From contig CAIOPG010000002.1 of the NCBI GenBank assembly GCA_903860135.1, positions 1,192 to 65,191 on the forward strand: DNA of 64,000 nucleotides, read 5' to 3'. The DNA is from Candidatus Omnitrophota bacterium (GTDB taxonomy: Bacteria > Omnitrophota > Gorgyraeia > Zapsychrales > Fredricksoniimonadaceae). Both the position numbers and the translations under genes were made by a program. Shown here piece by piece: positions 29,972 to 41,277 of the stretch (within the stretch, counting starts at the first letter, position 1; each line of letters opens with the position of its first letter). The notes under the pieces were generated by a model. That model had not been told where the DNA came from and made no database searches. It worked only from the letters and a program-made list of their open reading frames with translations.

Positions 29972-30496
29972 TCATTGGATCGCTTCACAATTGATATACT
30001 GCCCCTTCATGAGCTTCTGCACATCATACAAACGGTTGATCTTATCGATGATCGCATAAGCCTCACAGGTCGGGTGTTTCTTAAAGCTCACAGAGACGCC
30101 GTACTTTACAGGTGCTGCCCGGGAAGCCACTTCCTCTTGAGCCTGTTCAAGTGAACTACGCGTATCAACACGCAAAAGCTGTTTGAATTGCTCAAGCCGT
30201 GCCTTAATGCTTGCCGGAAAAACATCGGGAACCATCACCTCATCCTGCCTCGCCAGTGCCCAGGTGCACTGATTCACCGCATTAACAGGATCTTCGCGGC
30301 CCTTACCGTCAACGGTCGCGTTCCAACACACGCTATGCCCCTCACATTCAATTGCTTTCTCAAACATCAACAGGGCGTTGCGTTGTTCCTTAACAGATAC
30401 GCCGGCCTTCAGAATAGACTGCCGATCCCAGCCATCCACGCAAGCCCTCAAAAAGATCACGGCAACCAGCACCCCAACGATCATGATCCAGCGCAT
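29972..30496 (-). CDS. Hypothetical membrane-anchored protein
   Basis: N-terminal hydrophobic stretch MRWIMIVGVLVAVIFL; no recognisable family. Confidence 0.5.
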   Translation of the reverse strand: MRWIMIVGVLVAVIFLRACVDGWDRQSILKAGVSVKEQRNALLMFEKAIECEGHSVCWNATVDGKGREDPVNAVNQCTWALARQDEVMVPDVFPASIKARLEQFKQLLRVDTRSSLEQAQEEVASRAAPVKYGVSVSFKKHPTCEAYAIIDKINRLYDVQKLMKGQYINCEAIQ

Positions 30497-30865
30497 ACAT
30501 ACCCTTTCAGTGGCACGGTGTCCAACGATGCCGTTACTCCCTAAGTTACTGCAGGCATGCCGGGTGAACACCTTCTTTCCCCATCAAAATATTTTCTGAT
30601 CCTGCTCTGCTTGAAACAGGCCTCTCTAGTCCATAAACTCAATATTCGCCGAAAGCTGAGCGTTTATCAACAATATTCTTTAGATGTTAAAGTATGTTGT
30701 TGGAAGTAGTCATTAAGGAATTTAGAAAAATTATTCAACTCAGTCAGCCCATCTATCTGAAACCCTCCACAGCCTAACGAGTAACATTGTTCAATGAGTC
30801 AATGGATATTTTATGGGAGGCCGGCGGGGAAGATAACGGCATATGCGGGTAAATCGTGTTCTTTG

Positions 30866-31261
30866 TTACACGCTCCAGTCTTGCCAATGAAGTCCCGGGA
30901 TACGGGAAAATTCTTTTATATTATGTGTAATCAGCGTGCCCCGGCGTGAAATCACGGTGGCGGCGATCATGAGGTCGTTGGAACCAATCGGCTTCCCTTT
31001 CTTTTCCAACGCCATGCGTAAATCACCGTAAATCTCCGCAGCTGGGGCATCAAAAGGAATCACCTCAAAGGGCAGCATAAAGAACGCCACCGCTTTATGG
31101 GCCGACACCGTTGCCGCCTTGCAGGCTCCAAAAGAAAGTTCAGCCAGGACCACTGCCGGGATCTTGATCAACCCGTGAGGTGTCTGTTTCATCTGTTCCA
31201 GCGCAGGCGCAGAAGACCCCCGCAAGATAAAAACACAGGTATCCGTATCCAGGAAGAACAT
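30866..31261 (-). CDS. vapC: PIN-domain toxin VapC
   Basis: FLDTDTC, AELSFG, PIGSNDLMIAA, LITHNIKEFSRI. Confidence 0.92.
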   Translation of the reverse strand: MFFLDTDTCVFILRGSSAPALEQMKQTPHGLIKIPAVVLAELSFGACKAATVSAHKAVAFFMLPFEVIPFDAPAAEIYGDLRMALEKKGKPIGSNDLMIAATVISRRGTLITHNIKEFSRIPGLHWQDWSV

Positions 31262-31494
31262 TACAGCACGCTCCTTTTACAATCCAGCGAAGAGCTTAAA
31301 TCCGGGGGGATGTCGATCCCTTTACAGGGACTCTTTTGCAAAAATTCAAAATAACCCGGAGGCCATCCCTTTTCTTCCAAAGATGCGGTCAACCGCTGCT
31401 TGACCCAGCGTGAAATGGAAGCTTTTTCCTGACGCGCCGAACGCTCGATCCGCAACAATGTCGCATCATCAATATAAATAGTTAGTTGTGCCAT
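31261..31494 (-). CDS. vapB: RHH/CopG-type antitoxin VapB
   Basis: MAQLTIYIDD...SISRWV..WPPGYF; TAATG coupling to vapC. Confidence 0.8.
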   Translation of the reverse strand: MAQLTIYIDDATLLRIERSARQEKASISRWVKQRLTASLEEKGWPPGYFEFLQKSPCKGIDIPPDLSSSLDCKRSVL

Positions 31495-31514
31495 AAGCAC
31501 CTCTCTTTCAGAAT

Positions 31515-31562
31515 GAGCATAGCAGAAATATGCTCGGCTTTCAAATATATGTGGACATATAT
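31515..31562. promoter_or_regulatory. Two inverted repeats upstream of vapB (probable operators)
   Basis: gagcata-N7-tatgctc (31515-31535) and atatatgt-gg-acatatat (31545-31562). Confidence 0.55.
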
Positions 31563-31571
31563 GTGTCAGCG

Positions 31572-32468
31572 CTACGGATGGTGTCGCAAGCATTGCGCTA
31601 TGGCACGCTTGGCGGTGCGGGAAAGGTTGAAGGCTGTCAGGACCGCGTCGATCTTTCCTGGCGGGAGGCCGTGCACCAGCGCGGCCAGGCGTTCTTCGCG
31701 GGCAGCGCCGCAGCGGACAAGGAGCGCCCGGTCTTCAGCTTCATAAGAAATATACCGCACCGCGCCCCACAAAGATAAAAGATCGAGTGCAGGAGCCGGG
31801 TCTTTCTCATCGAGGATACGCCCCAGCTCCAGGAAATAACGGACCGGCGTGATGGTGGTCATGGCCCCCGCGCCCACAGCCGCCTCGAGCGCTTCCTGGG
31901 TCAGGGCATCCAGCTGAAATCCGAAACGGGCGGCATACCGAGCGGCACGCAGGATACGGGTCGGGTCATCGCGAAAACTTTCCGGATAAGTCGTACGGAT
32001 CAGGCGGGCCTCAAGATCCGTAAGGCCCTCAAGGTCATCACGGACAACTCCCCGGTTATCCGCATTGAGCCCGCAGGCCAAAGCATTGACCGTAAAATCC
32101 CGCCGAAAAAGATCATCGTCCATGGTCCCAGGGACAATATCAGGCAGAGCGCCGGGCCGCGCATAAGACTCACGGCGCGCGGTCACAAGGTCGAGCGACA
32201 ATCCATCCTTAAATGTCAATACCGCTGTCCTGAACGGGGTATGCACCCTGACAGCCGCCGACAGCTGTCCCGCCAGGCGGCGGGCAAACGCAGGGGCATC
32301 CCCTTCAAGGACAATATCAATGTCCGACACCGGCACCCCCAGCAGGAGGTCGCGAACAACCCCGCCGACGATAAAAATACGCACACCCGCCTTATCGGCC
32401 TCAGCACCGATATGCTGTAAAAGCTCCCGGACATGGGGCGCAAGCGGCGCAAGGTCAAGGCGTTGCAT
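31572..32468 (-). CDS. cca: CCA-adding/poly(A) polymerase family nucleotidyltransferase
   Basis: VGGVVRD, DIDIV, DLFRRDFTVNA, FRDDPTRILRAARY. Confidence 0.88.
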   Translation of the reverse strand: MQRLDLAPLAPHVRELLQHIGAEADKAGVRIFIVGGVVRDLLLGVPVSDIDIVLEGDAPAFARRLAGQLSAAVRVHTPFRTAVLTFKDGLSLDLVTARRESYARPGALPDIVPGTMDDDLFRRDFTVNALACGLNADNRGVVRDDLEGLTDLEARLIRTTYPESFRDDPTRILRAARYAARFGFQLDALTQEALEAAVGAGAMTTITPVRYFLELGRILDEKDPAPALDLLSLWGAVRYISYEAEDRALLVRCGAAREERLAALVHGLPPGKIDAVLTAFNLSRTAKRAIAQCLRHHP

Positions 32469-32474
32469 AATAAA

Positions 32475-33365
32475 CTACCCTCTGGGATGACATTGTTGAT
32501 GCACCGCGCGCAAGCGCTCCCGGTCCACATGCGTGTAGATCTGCGTGGTGGCAATATCCGTATGCCCGAGCATTTCCTGAACACTCCTTAAGTCCGCGCC
32601 GTGCTCCAGCAGATGGGTCGCGAACGTATGACGCAACGTGTGCGGCTTGATGTTCTTTTTGATACCGGCCCGGCTGGCGCAGTCCTTGATGATCTTCCAC
32701 GCGCTCTGCCGCGACATCGACTGGCCCAACCGGCTAAGAAAAAGCGCATCTCCCGGGCGGCCCCGCTGCAGCTTCGGGCGTGCCTTGTCAAAATATTTGG
32801 CAAGAGCCTCGAGCGCCTTGCCGCCGACGGGAATTAACCGCTCCTTGCTCCCCTTGCCGATACAACGCACCAGCCCCGACTCCAGGTTCAGGTCCTCCAT
32901 GCGCAGCGCCACCAGTTCCGACACCCGCAAGCCCGACGCATAGAACAGTTCGAGCATCGCCCGGTCACGCAGTCCCTGCGTATCACGCCCTGAAGCAGCA
33001 CCGAGCATGGCCGCAACCTCGGCGTGGGTCAAGACATTCGGGATGCGCTTCCACTGGCGCGGCGTGTCCACAAGCCCCGTCGGATCTTCTTGAGCCAGAT
33101 CTTCGCGCACCAGGAAACGATGGAACATGCGGATAGCGGCAAGGCTCCGGCAAATGGAGTTCACTTCCATCTTCTTCTTTTTCTGCACCATCATGTAACG
33201 GGAAATGTGCTGATGCTTTAACGCCTCGGGAGAAGTAACCCCTTCGGTCTCCTGAAGATACGCGCAATAAGCCGTAAGGTCACGCCGGTAAGCCATCAAG
33301 GTATTTTTCGCGAGACCGCGCTCGACAGAAATATAATTGATGAATTCCGGGATCAATGCGGTCAT
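32475..33365 (-). CDS. xerD: Tyrosine recombinase XerD
   Basis: RDRAMLE..YASGLRVSEL, GKGSKER, HTLRHTFATHLL, LGHTDIATTQIYTH. Confidence 0.95.
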   Translation of the reverse strand: MTALIPEFINYISVERGLAKNTLMAYRRDLTAYCAYLQETEGVTSPEALKHQHISRYMMVQKKKKMEVNSICRSLAAIRMFHRFLVREDLAQEDPTGLVDTPRQWKRIPNVLTHAEVAAMLGAASGRDTQGLRDRAMLELFYASGLRVSELVALRMEDLNLESGLVRCIGKGSKERLIPVGGKALEALAKYFDKARPKLQRGRPGDALFLSRLGQSMSRQSAWKIIKDCASRAGIKKNIKPHTLRHTFATHLLEHGADLRSVQEMLGHTDIATTQIYTHVDRERLRAVHQQCHPRG

Positions 33366-33874
33366 CGCAGCACAACAGCCTCCGGCTTGAAATTCCTGAA
33401 AAGATCCCGCTCGATGTTGTGCATCTCCCGCGTCAGAAGATCATACCGGCGCAGGCCGGCAGGCTTATCGTAGATCTGAAGGGCTGCCACAAGGCGGGCG
33501 CGCAACGCCAACGCCTTGTCACGGGCAGGACCTGTCAACAAGGCTATCATGCCGTCAAAATGCGCCAGGATCTGGTTGATCATGTATTGCTCGCGCTTGG
33601 CACTGCCATCCCGACGCCCAAGAATATCCCCGAGGTCCTTGAAATAAACCTTCTCCATCGCGTAATGATCACGGTAAACCTGCGCTGAAGACTCCACCAC
33701 CTTTGCATACACCTCCGGCTGAAGGACCGGAACAAAATCCTCGGCCTTGGCAGGGCCTTTCTTCACGCGGGTAAACTTTTTCCGCAAAGAAACGCACCCC
33801 GTCAATGTGGTCATCCCCAAGATCAGCGCCAGCACGGCCGCTACGATCCTTTTTCTATCATCGGGTCTTGTCAT
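33362..33874 (-). CDS. Hypothetical lipoprotein
   Basis: Lipobox LTGC followed by LRKKFTR; coupled to ligA and xerD. Confidence 0.7.
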   Translation of the reverse strand: MTRPDDRKRIVAAVLALILGMTTLTGCVSLRKKFTRVKKGPAKAEDFVPVLQPEVYAKVVESSAQVYRDHYAMEKVYFKDLGDILGRRDGSAKREQYMINQILAHFDGMIALLTGPARDKALALRARLVAALQIYDKPAGLRRYDLLTREMHNIERDLFRNFKPEAVVLR

Positions 33875-35904
33875 GCGGTCAACTCCTCAAATGCCTGTTC
33901 ATTGATGATCCTGATCCCCATGCGCCGGGCCTTTTCAAGTTTTGATCCGGCACCTTCACCGGCCACCACACACGCTGTCGTTTTGGTTACAGCCGCCCCC
34001 ACGTCACCGCCGAGAGCTATAACTTTCAGCCCGGCCGCGTGCCGGGTATGGCGCAAAAGCTCGCCGGTAAAAACAAAGGTCATCCCGGACAATTTACCGG
34101 TGCCGGTTGCCCGCGGCTCGATCATGTTCACGCCGGCGGCTTTCAGCGCAGACACCTGGTGCCGGACCGCTTCCCTGGAAAAATACTCGACCACCGCCGA
34201 AGCACTGATCTCTCCCAGGTCCGCCACAGCACAAATATCTGCCTCACTGGCGGCCGAGAGGGCCTCCATACTGCCAAAATGACGAGCCAGTGCCTGCGAA
34301 GCTTTGACACCGATATTGGCAATGCCCAGCGCAAAGATCAACCGGGACAAGGGCCGCTCACAACTTTGCTTCACCGCCGCCAGTAACTGCGCCGCCTTTT
34401 TGGCACCAAAAAGATCGAGCTTGAGCAACGCGTCTGTGTCCAAAGTATAAATATCCGCCACCGTGCGCACAAGCCCTTTTTCAAGCAATTGCCGGACTGC
34501 CGCCTCACCCATGCCATCAATATCCATCGCGTCGCGCGCAGCAAAATGAACCAGCCTTCGCTCCAACTGCCTGGGGCACTCGGGATTAATGCACCGGTGC
34601 AGGACACCGTCAAACTCCTGCCCCGCCAGGGCCGTCACCACAAATTCCTCCCGGCACAGCGGGCAGTCCGTCGGCAGTTTCCGTACTGCCTTACGCTCCG
34701 GCGCCCGTTCCAGGACCTTCACGATCTTGGGGATGACGTCTCCGGCGCGCTCGATGAGAACCCGGTCGCCGGCGGCAACCCCCAGCCGCTCGATCTCGTC
34801 AAAATTATGCAACGTCGCACGCGCAATGGTAACCCCGCCGCAAAAGACAGGATCGAATTCCGCCACAGGGGTGAGCACCCCTGTGCGCCCGACCTGAACA
34901 ACGATATCACGGATCGTCGTCGTCGCCTGATACGCCGCGAATTTAAAAGCCACCGCCCAGCGGGGGCTTTTCATGGTTTCACCCAGGGCACGCTGGTCGT
35001 CGAACCGGTCAACCTTGATGACCGCCCCGTCCACATCATAGGGCAGGTCCGCGCGCATCGCCTCCAACGCCGTGCAGGCAACGAGGATCGCGTCAATCCC
35101 GCGGCAAAGACGGGTATGGGTATTAACCGGAAACCCCCAGGCACGGGCCTGTTCCAGAAAAGCGGAATGGCTCGCCATAGCCGCAGCGCCATTGACACGC
35201 GCAAAGGAATGAAGGAAAAACCGTAAATGCCGGCCGGCGGCCTCGACGGGATCCATCAACTTCAACGCCCCGGCAGCCGCATTGCGGGGGTTGACAAAAG
35301 GCTCTTCGCCCGCACGGGCACGGGCCGCATTAAGTTTCTCAAAATCCGCCTTGTCCATATAAACTTCGCCGCGCACATCCACATAGTCCGGCGCGCCCGG
35401 GCGCAGTCTGAGCGGCACCGACCGCATGGTACGGATATTGTGCGTAACATCCTCGCCTGTCTCCCCGTCGCCGCGCGTGGCACCTCTGACCAGGAGGCCC
35501 TGCTCATAGGTGATCGCCGCACTCACCCCGTCGATCTTGAGTTCCACGACAAAATCGACATCGTCGCGCCCGAGCCCCTTGTAAACACGGCCCAGCCAGG
35601 CGCGCAGGTCTTCAGCGGCATATGTATTGTCGAGCGAAAGCAGTCTGACATCGTGCCGGAGGGTGCGTGTGCCCGAAGGCATCTTCGCCCCCACGCGCTG
35701 TGTCGGCGAATCGGCCGTAACAAGCTCGGGATATTGTGCTTCGAGCGCGGCCAGGCGCTTCATCAGGGCATCATATTCCTGATCCGCAACAACGGGCGCT
35801 GCCAGGACATAATACTGATGGTCATGCCGCGCAAGAGCCTCGCGCAAGCTGAAGATTTCTTCTGATGGATGACAGGGAATAAGCCGCGATGCACGATCGG
35901 ACAT
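33871..35904 (-). CDS. ligA: NAD-dependent DNA ligase
   Basis: ELKIDG, TRGDG, NPRNAAAG, VGRTG, zinc finger, BRCT. Confidence 0.97.
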   Translation of the reverse strand: MSDRASRLIPCHPSEEIFSLREALARHDHQYYVLAAPVVADQEYDALMKRLAALEAQYPELVTADSPTQRVGAKMPSGTRTLRHDVRLLSLDNTYAAEDLRAWLGRVYKGLGRDDVDFVVELKIDGVSAAITYEQGLLVRGATRGDGETGEDVTHNIRTMRSVPLRLRPGAPDYVDVRGEVYMDKADFEKLNAARARAGEEPFVNPRNAAAGALKLMDPVEAAGRHLRFFLHSFARVNGAAAMASHSAFLEQARAWGFPVNTHTRLCRGIDAILVACTALEAMRADLPYDVDGAVIKVDRFDDQRALGETMKSPRWAVAFKFAAYQATTTIRDIVVQVGRTGVLTPVAEFDPVFCGGVTIARATLHNFDEIERLGVAAGDRVLIERAGDVIPKIVKVLERAPERKAVRKLPTDCPLCREEFVVTALAGQEFDGVLHRCINPECPRQLERRLVHFAARDAMDIDGMGEAAVRQLLEKGLVRTVADIYTLDTDALLKLDLFGAKKAAQLLAAVKQSCERPLSRLIFALGIANIGVKASQALARHFGSMEALSAASEADICAVADLGEISASAVVEYFSREAVRHQVSALKAAGVNMIEPRATGTGKLSGMTFVFTGELLRHTRHAAGLKVIALGGDVGAAVTKTTACVVAGEGAGSKLEKARRMGIRIINEQAFEELTA

Positions 35905-35973
35905 AGAACCTCATGAAGGCAGGCGTGAATAATCCCGGATGCAATTCCCGGAACAAAACAGACAAACAAAAAT

Positions 35974-36050
35974 TGGTCGGGAGAGGGGGGTTTGAACCCC
36001 CGACCTCAACGTCCCGAACGTTGCGCGCTAGCCAGCTGCGCTATCTCCCG
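35974..36050 (-). tRNA. tRNA-Pro (CGG)
   Basis: CGGGAGATAGCGCAGCTGGCTAGCGCG..CAACG-TTCGGGA-CGTTG..GGTTCAAACC..CTCCCGACCA. Confidence 0.95.
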
Positions 36051-36141
36051 ATATGTCGACCAAAGAAGGCGTAATTCTAACATCGCACCAAGACTTCGTC
36101 AATTACATCTTTTGGCATCTTTTCCCGTCAACAACAAACGC

Positions 36142-36576
36142 TCACACTTCCTTGATCCCGAAACCGATCTCGGCTTCGACCGCGATGGCATCGCCCACAA
36201 AACATTTGCATTCCAGGAACCCCGCCTTGGCCAGCAGTTTCATGGTCTTGACCTCGATACGGAGCTGATCGCCTGGCACCACCACCCGGTGGAACTTGGC
36301 GGTTGTCTTGGCAAGGTAATAGATGAGGTTTTTGCCCTGCATATTCTTGGAATAATAAAAATAAATACATCCCGCCTGGGCCATGGCTTCGACCATGAGC
36401 ACCCCCGGCATCACCTTCTCGGCCGGAAAATGCCCCTGAAAATGCGCCTCATTCACCGACACATTCTTGATCGCCACAAGCTTTTCATTAGGGATAAGCT
36501 CGATGACCCGGTCGATCATCAGAAACGGAAAACGATGCGGAATGACTTTCTGAATTTCCTGGATATCCAATTGCAT
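36142..36576 (-). CDS. fabZ: 3-hydroxyacyl-ACP dehydratase
   Basis: PHRFPFLMIDRV, GHFP...MPGVLMVEAMAQ. Confidence 0.95.
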   Translation of the reverse strand: MQLDIQEIQKVIPHRFPFLMIDRVIELIPNEKLVAIKNVSVNEAHFQGHFPAEKVMPGVLMVEAMAQAGCIYFYYSKNMQGKNLIYYLAKTTAKFHRVVVPGDQLRIEVKTMKLLAKAGFLECKCFVGDAIAVEAEIGFGIKEV

Positions 36577-36577
36577 T

Positions 36578-37180
36578 TTACCCCCTCGTTGGTTTAAAAA
36601 CTGCCGATTTCAATATGTATTTCGCCAACAGATCCGTTTCGATATTCACCTCAGCCCCGGTTTTTTTGGCACCGATAGATGTCACCTTGAGCGTATGCGG
36701 AATGAAATATACGGCGAACCAGTCCTTGCGCACGGCGCCGACGGTCAGGCTGATACCATCCAGGGCCACCGAACCCTTGGGAACAATATAACGCATCAGG
36801 TCACGTGCCGCGCTGATACGGTATTCCACATAATTCGGCAGGGTCAGAATATCCCGGATACGGCCAACACCATCCACATGCCCGGTCACAAAATGCCCGC
36901 CCAGCCGTGCGTCTGCCTTCATGGCGCGTTCAAGGTTAAGGACCGTCCCGGGAACAACATGCTTCAGGGTGGTTGCCTCAAGGGTTTCTTTCATCAGGTC
37001 AAAATAATAACAGCCGCCCTTGATCGCGATGACGGTTAAACAGACCCCGTCATTGGCAATGCTGTCGCCAACCTTAATATCATCAAAATTCCCGGGGCAT
37101 TTAACTGCCAGTGTGATCAAATTCTCGGTCTTTTCCAGGGCCTTAACAACCCCCTGCGCCTCAATGATGCCTGTGAACAT
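36578..37180 (-). CDS. ribE: Riboflavin synthase alpha chain
   Basis: MFTGIIE start, GVCLTV, NLER, GGHFVTGHVDG. Confidence 0.95.
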   Translation of the reverse strand: MFTGIIEAQGVVKALEKTENLITLAVKCPGNFDDIKVGDSIANDGVCLTVIAIKGGCYYFDLMKETLEATTLKHVVPGTVLNLERAMKADARLGGHFVTGHVDGVGRIRDILTLPNYVEYRISAARDLMRYIVPKGSVALDGISLTVGAVRKDWFAVYFIPHTLKVTSIGAKKTGAEVNIETDLLAKYILKSAVFKPTRG

Positions 37181-38252
37181 GGTCTGCCTCAATAAAAATA
37201 TCCGGACCGATACGCTCGACGGATCTTATCTCAAATCCGCCCCCGTTGAATACCCCTGCCAGGTCAACCCCGTCAATCGCGTCGGCATGCGCTTTGCCCA
37301 TGATCTGCGGAGCGATATACGCATGCACACAGTCTGCCAATCCCGCCGCCAGGACAGCCTTGACCAGCGTCGGCCCGCCCTCTATTAAGATACGGACAAG
37401 CCCGATTTTTGCAAGCGCTTTAAAGAGAGCTTTCAGATCAACCCGGCCATCCTTGGCCGGGCAAACGATGATACCCATGCCGCGCTTTAAGAAAGCCTGC
37501 CGCTGGGCCAGCGCTGCCCGCCGGGTCACCGCCACGATCACCTGCCCCGGCCGCACGCCGTTGAACAACTTCGCCTCAACGGGCATCCTGAGCGTGGAAT
37601 CAACAACGACTTTCACGAGTGCCCTGCCCGGCGCATCGAGCTGCGGGTCATCGGCGATAACCGTATCCACCCCGACGACAATGGCATCGAAATCATTCCT
37701 GCGTTCCTTGGCCTTGAGCCGTGTGTCCGGGGAGGTGATCCATTTTACCTGGCCTGAACGCGTCCCTGCCTTGCCGTCGATGGTCTGGGCGGTCTTGACC
37801 GTGACATGCGGCATCGCTGCCGTGATATATTTGATAAACGCCACATTCAGCTGACGGGCTTCATTTTCACAAACGCCTGTCAGGACCGTAACCCCGCTGG
37901 CGCGCAATTTTTCAACAGACTTGCCATTGGTCCTTGGATTAGGGTCGAGCATGGCCACCACCACGCGCGCGATCCCTGCCGCCAACAGCGCCTCTACACA
38001 CGGCGGTGTCCGGCCCTGGTGCGCGCAAGGCTCCAGGGTCACATACGCCGTTGCCCCGCAAGCCTTGCCCCCCGCTTTCTTCAGGGCATCAACCTCGGCA
38101 TGATCACCGCCGCAACACTGATGCCAGCCCTCGGCGATCACGCGGCCAGCCTTGACAAGCAGGCACCCGACCATGGGATTGGGTGCGGTACGCCCCGCCC
38201 CGCGAAGGGCCAGGGCTAAGGCCCGGTGCATATAGCGTTCATCGCGGGTCAT
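37161..38252 (-). CDS. ribD: Riboflavin biosynthesis deaminase/reductase
   Basis: PNPMVG, HAE, TLEPCAHQGRTPPC, IEGG. Confidence 0.95.
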   Translation of the reverse strand: MTRDERYMHRALALALRGAGRTAPNPMVGCLLVKAGRVIAEGWHQCCGGDHAEVDALKKAGGKACGATAYVTLEPCAHQGRTPPCVEALLAAGIARVVVAMLDPNPRTNGKSVEKLRASGVTVLTGVCENEARQLNVAFIKYITAAMPHVTVKTAQTIDGKAGTRSGQVKWITSPDTRLKAKERRNDFDAIVVGVDTVIADDPQLDAPGRALVKVVVDSTLRMPVEAKLFNGVRPGQVIVAVTRRAALAQRQAFLKRGMGIIVCPAKDGRVDLKALFKALAKIGLVRILIEGGPTLVKAVLAAGLADCVHAYIAPQIMGKAHADAIDGVDLAGVFNGGGFEIRSVERIGPDIFIEADHVHRHH

Positions 38253-39082
38253 ACCGGCCTCCGGGTGCGCTCCTTCAACTTTTCTACCCAATGATATGGC
38301 ACCCGCGACTTGCCAATATACGTGTTTGTTTTTGAAGCACCATGGGCATCGGAACCGCCCGTCACCACAAGGTCATACTTTTTGGCCAAAGCCAGATAAC
38401 GATTGACCGTATCCATAAAACAATTGGGATAATACGCCTCGAGCCCACCTAAGCCAGCCTTAACTAACTCCGGGATAAGCTCATCCCGCTGGGTCAGGAC
38501 AGGATGCGCCATGACCGCCACCCCGCCCGAAGCGCGGATAAGCCGTATGGCCTCTGCCGGCGTCTGTTTGAATTTCGGGAAATAGGCACTGGCCCCCTCG
38601 GAAAGGTATTGCCTGAAGGCCTGGTCGAGCGACCGCACATGCCCGCGCTCAAGCAGGAGTTTGGCCAGATGCAGGCGCCCGAGCGAATCCGAATGGGTCA
38701 TGCCGGCAACATCCTCTAGGCGCATATCCTTCATCCCGAGTTCGTCAAGACGGGCGAGCATTTGCTGCATCCGTGCCACCCGCGCGGCCTGCATTTCTTT
38801 GAGGCGAAGCACCAGCGGACCATCCAAACAGTCAAAGCCATAACCCAGGATATGGATATCCTTGCCCTTATAGTCCGACGACAATTCCACCGCGCTGATC
38901 ACTTCCAGTCCATGCGGCGCAGCCGCAGCCAGCGTATCGGCAATGCCATCGAGCGTATCATGGTCAGCGACCGCGATACAGGCTAAGTCCGCGCGCACAG
39001 CCTCGTCGACCACTTCCGCCGGTGAAGCCGTGCTGTCAGAGAAAAAAGTATGAATATGCAGGTCGGCAAAACGATCCGTCAT
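38249..39082 (-). CDS. PHP-domain phosphoesterase (TrpH/YciV-like)
   Basis: [30 protein letters not shown]. Confidence 0.9.
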   Translation of the reverse strand: MTDRFADLHIHTFFSDSTASPAEVVDEAVRADLACIAVADHDTLDGIADTLAAAAPHGLEVISAVELSSDYKGKDIHILGYGFDCLDGPLVLRLKEMQAARVARMQQMLARLDELGMKDMRLEDVAGMTHSDSLGRLHLAKLLLERGHVRSLDQAFRQYLSEGASAYFPKFKQTPAEAIRLIRASGGVAVMAHPVLTQRDELIPELVKAGLGGLEAYYPNCFMDTVNRYLALAKKYDLVVTGGSDAHGASKTNTYIGKSRVPYHWVEKLKERTRRPV

Positions 39083-39510
39083 GAGGCAGGGCCGGCAGGC
39101 ACGATCTCTTTCTTGTGAACCTTGTCGAGGATGCCGTTGACAAACTTCCCGGAATCGTGGTCGCCGTATTTCTTGGCAAGATCAACCGCTTCATTGATCG
39201 CAACTTTGGGGGGGATCCCTACCGTGAATTTCAATTCATAAAGCCCGATGCGCAAGACATTGCGGTCAATGACCGCCATGCGGTTCAACTGCCAGTTGGT
39301 GGCGTATTCGCCAAGCTTCTCATCGATCTCCTGAAGGTGCGCATGAATACCGTCGACCAGCTTGACGGCAAAATCACGGACATCTTCCGGATGCTCGCTT
39401 TCCTGCAACCAGAAATATCCGGCCGCATTATCAGGCAAACGGCCTGTCATTTCCATCTGATAAAGTATCTTGAGGGCGCATTCCCTGGCTACACTACGTT
39501 TACGCATCAC
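39079..39510 (-). CDS. nusB: Transcription antitermination factor NusB
   Basis: [36 protein letters not shown]. Confidence 0.96.
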   Translation of the reverse strand: MMRKRSVARECALKILYQMEMTGRLPDNAAGYFWLQESEHPEDVRDFAVKLVDGIHAHLQEIDEKLGEYATNWQLNRMAVIDRNVLRIGLYELKFTVGIPPKVAINEAVDLAKKYGDHDSGKFVNGILDKVHKKEIVPAGPAS

Positions 39511-39517
39511 AGCCCTC

Positions 39518-39985
39518 TCACATTGTCTTCAGGACCTGGGTCATCGATAAGGCGGCACGCGCGGCGGCAGCCCCCTTGTTATCGGTGTCGCCTTCCAAGG
39601 CGCGGTCCTGGCATAGCTTGATCGTATCCGCCGCCAGCACTTCAAAAATAACCGGCTTACCTATGGCCAGCATCACATCCATAAGGCCACGGGCGCACGC
39701 CTCGGCCACCAGCTCATAATGCAACGTTTCACCACGGATCACAGCCCCTAAGCAGATCACCGCAAGGATATTCTTCCGCTGACCCATTTTAAGGGCCGTC
39801 AGCGGCAGTTCAAAAGCACCGGGGACGCGCACGATCTCTATTTCACATTCACACACACCATGCCGCGAAAACTCGTCCAGGCAGGCCTTCAGGAGGCTTT
39901 CGGTGATGGTAGAATGGAACTCGGCGACCGCCACAGCAAAGCGCGGTTTTCCGGCACACGAGGGCTGCGTCACTTTCTTTACCAT
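39518..39985 (-). CDS. ribH: Lumazine synthase
   Basis: [23 protein letters not shown]. Confidence 0.92.
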   Translation of the reverse strand: MVKKVTQPSCAGKPRFAVAVAEFHSTITESLLKACLDEFSRHGVCECEIEIVRVPGAFELPLTALKMGQRKNILAVICLGAVIRGETLHYELVAEACARGLMDVMLAIGKPVIFEVLAADTIKLCQDRALEGDTDNKGAAAARAALSMTQVLKTM

Positions 39986-39986
39986 T

Positions 39987-41186
39987 TTACAGCCAATGCC
40001 CCATCTTCTGCTTTTTGGCTTCCAGGTATTTTTTGTTCTTTTCATTATGGGCGATCTGCAAGGGGACACGCTCAACCACGCTGAGCCCGTAGCCTTCAAG
40101 GCCGACGATCTTGCAAGGATTGTTGGTCAGAAGCCTGATCTGCTTCAGCCCGATATCCACCATGATCTGGGCACCGATCCCGTAATCGCGCAAGTCCGCC
40201 GCAAAACCCAGCGCTTCATTGGCCTCGACCGTATCCATACCCTTGTCCTGAAGCGTATAAGCTTTCACCTTGTTGACAAGCCCGATGCCACGGCCTTCCT
40301 GGCGCATATAAAGCAGGACACCGGCACCTTCCTTGGCCAAACGCTTCATCGATTCCTGCAGCTGCCCGTTGCAATCACAGCGCAAGGACCCGAACACATC
40401 GCCGGTCAGGCATTCCGACTGCACACGCACCAAAACTGGCGTCGTATCATCGACCTTGCCGAGCACCAGCGCCACATGCTGATAATTATCGATCGTTGAT
40501 GAATAAACGATCATCCTGAAATCGCCATTGGCCGTCGGCAGGACCCCCTCAACTTCACGGGTAATAAACTTCTCGTTCTTGCGGCGGTATTCGATCAGGC
40601 TGTCGATCGTGCAGATCTTCAGTTTATGTTTCTTGGAAAATTCAACAAGGTCATTCGTGCGCGCCATGGTGCCATCGTCATTCATGATCTCGCAAATAAC
40701 ACCCGCCGGATAAAGGCCGGCCATGCTGGTAAGGTCAACCGAAGCTTCCGTATGCCCGGCACGGACAAGGACGCCGCCTTTCTTGGCGCGCAACGGGAAC
40801 AGATGCCCCGGGGTGATCAGGTCTTTGGGGGTGGATTTCGGATCAATGAGAAGCTTGACCGTATAGGCCCGATCAGCCGTCGAGATCCCGGTCGTGGCAC
40901 CATGCGCCGCATCAACCGTGATCGCCCAGCCGGTATTGCATGGCTGATGCAGGTCGCTCGTCGCATCCTTCATGGGGTAAAGCCCCAGCGCATCCAGGCG
41001 TTCAGGGAGCATGGGCACACAAATAAGCCCGCGCGCATGCCTCGCCATAAAATTGATGACTTCCGGCGTTACAAATTCGGCCGCCACCAGCACATCGCCT
41101 TCATTTTCCCGCCCTTCATCGTCCATGACGATGACCATGCGGCCCTGACGGAGTTCTTCAAGAATTTCGGGGATAGGATGGAACAT
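39987..41186 (-). CDS. ribBA: Bifunctional DHBP synthase/GTP cyclohydrolase II
   Basis: [46 protein letters not shown]. Confidence 0.96.
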   Translation of the reverse strand: MFHPIPEILEELRQGRMVIVMDDEGRENEGDVLVAAEFVTPEVINFMARHARGLICVPMLPERLDALGLYPMKDATSDLHQPCNTGWAITVDAAHGATTGISTADRAYTVKLLIDPKSTPKDLITPGHLFPLRAKKGGVLVRAGHTEASVDLTSMAGLYPAGVICEIMNDDGTMARTNDLVEFSKKHKLKICTIDSLIEYRRKNEKFITREVEGVLPTANGDFRMIVYSSTIDNYQHVALVLGKVDDTTPVLVRVQSECLTGDVFGSLRCDCNGQLQESMKRLAKEGAGVLLYMRQEGRGIGLVNKVKAYTLQDKGMDTVEANEALGFAADLRDYGIGAQIMVDIGLKQIRLLTNNPCKIVGLEGYGLSVVERVPLQIAHNEKNKKYLEAKKQKMGHWL

Positions 41187-41213
41187 AGAGAATTCTTTCC
41201 TTTGTCAAATGAC

Positions 41214-41277
41214 CAAAAAAACCGCCTTCCCGGCGGTAATAGTTTTTCATAATATTCTAATTATAAAAGCTTGTCAA
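41214..41277 (-). promoter_or_regulatory. sigma70 promoter and terminator-like hairpin upstream of ribBA
   Basis: TTGACA-17 nt-TATTAT, then accgcc-gggaa-ggcggt + U7. Confidence 0.5.

Noticed and set aside
30580-30860. AT-rich gap as a gene remnant or ncRNA
   Set aside because: Only a short unrecognisable reading frame and no convincing structure.
32475-36050. Tyrosine recombinase near a tRNA as an integrative element
   Set aside because: The protein is a typical XerD, in an operon with ligA and cca; no duplicated tRNA 3' end was seen.
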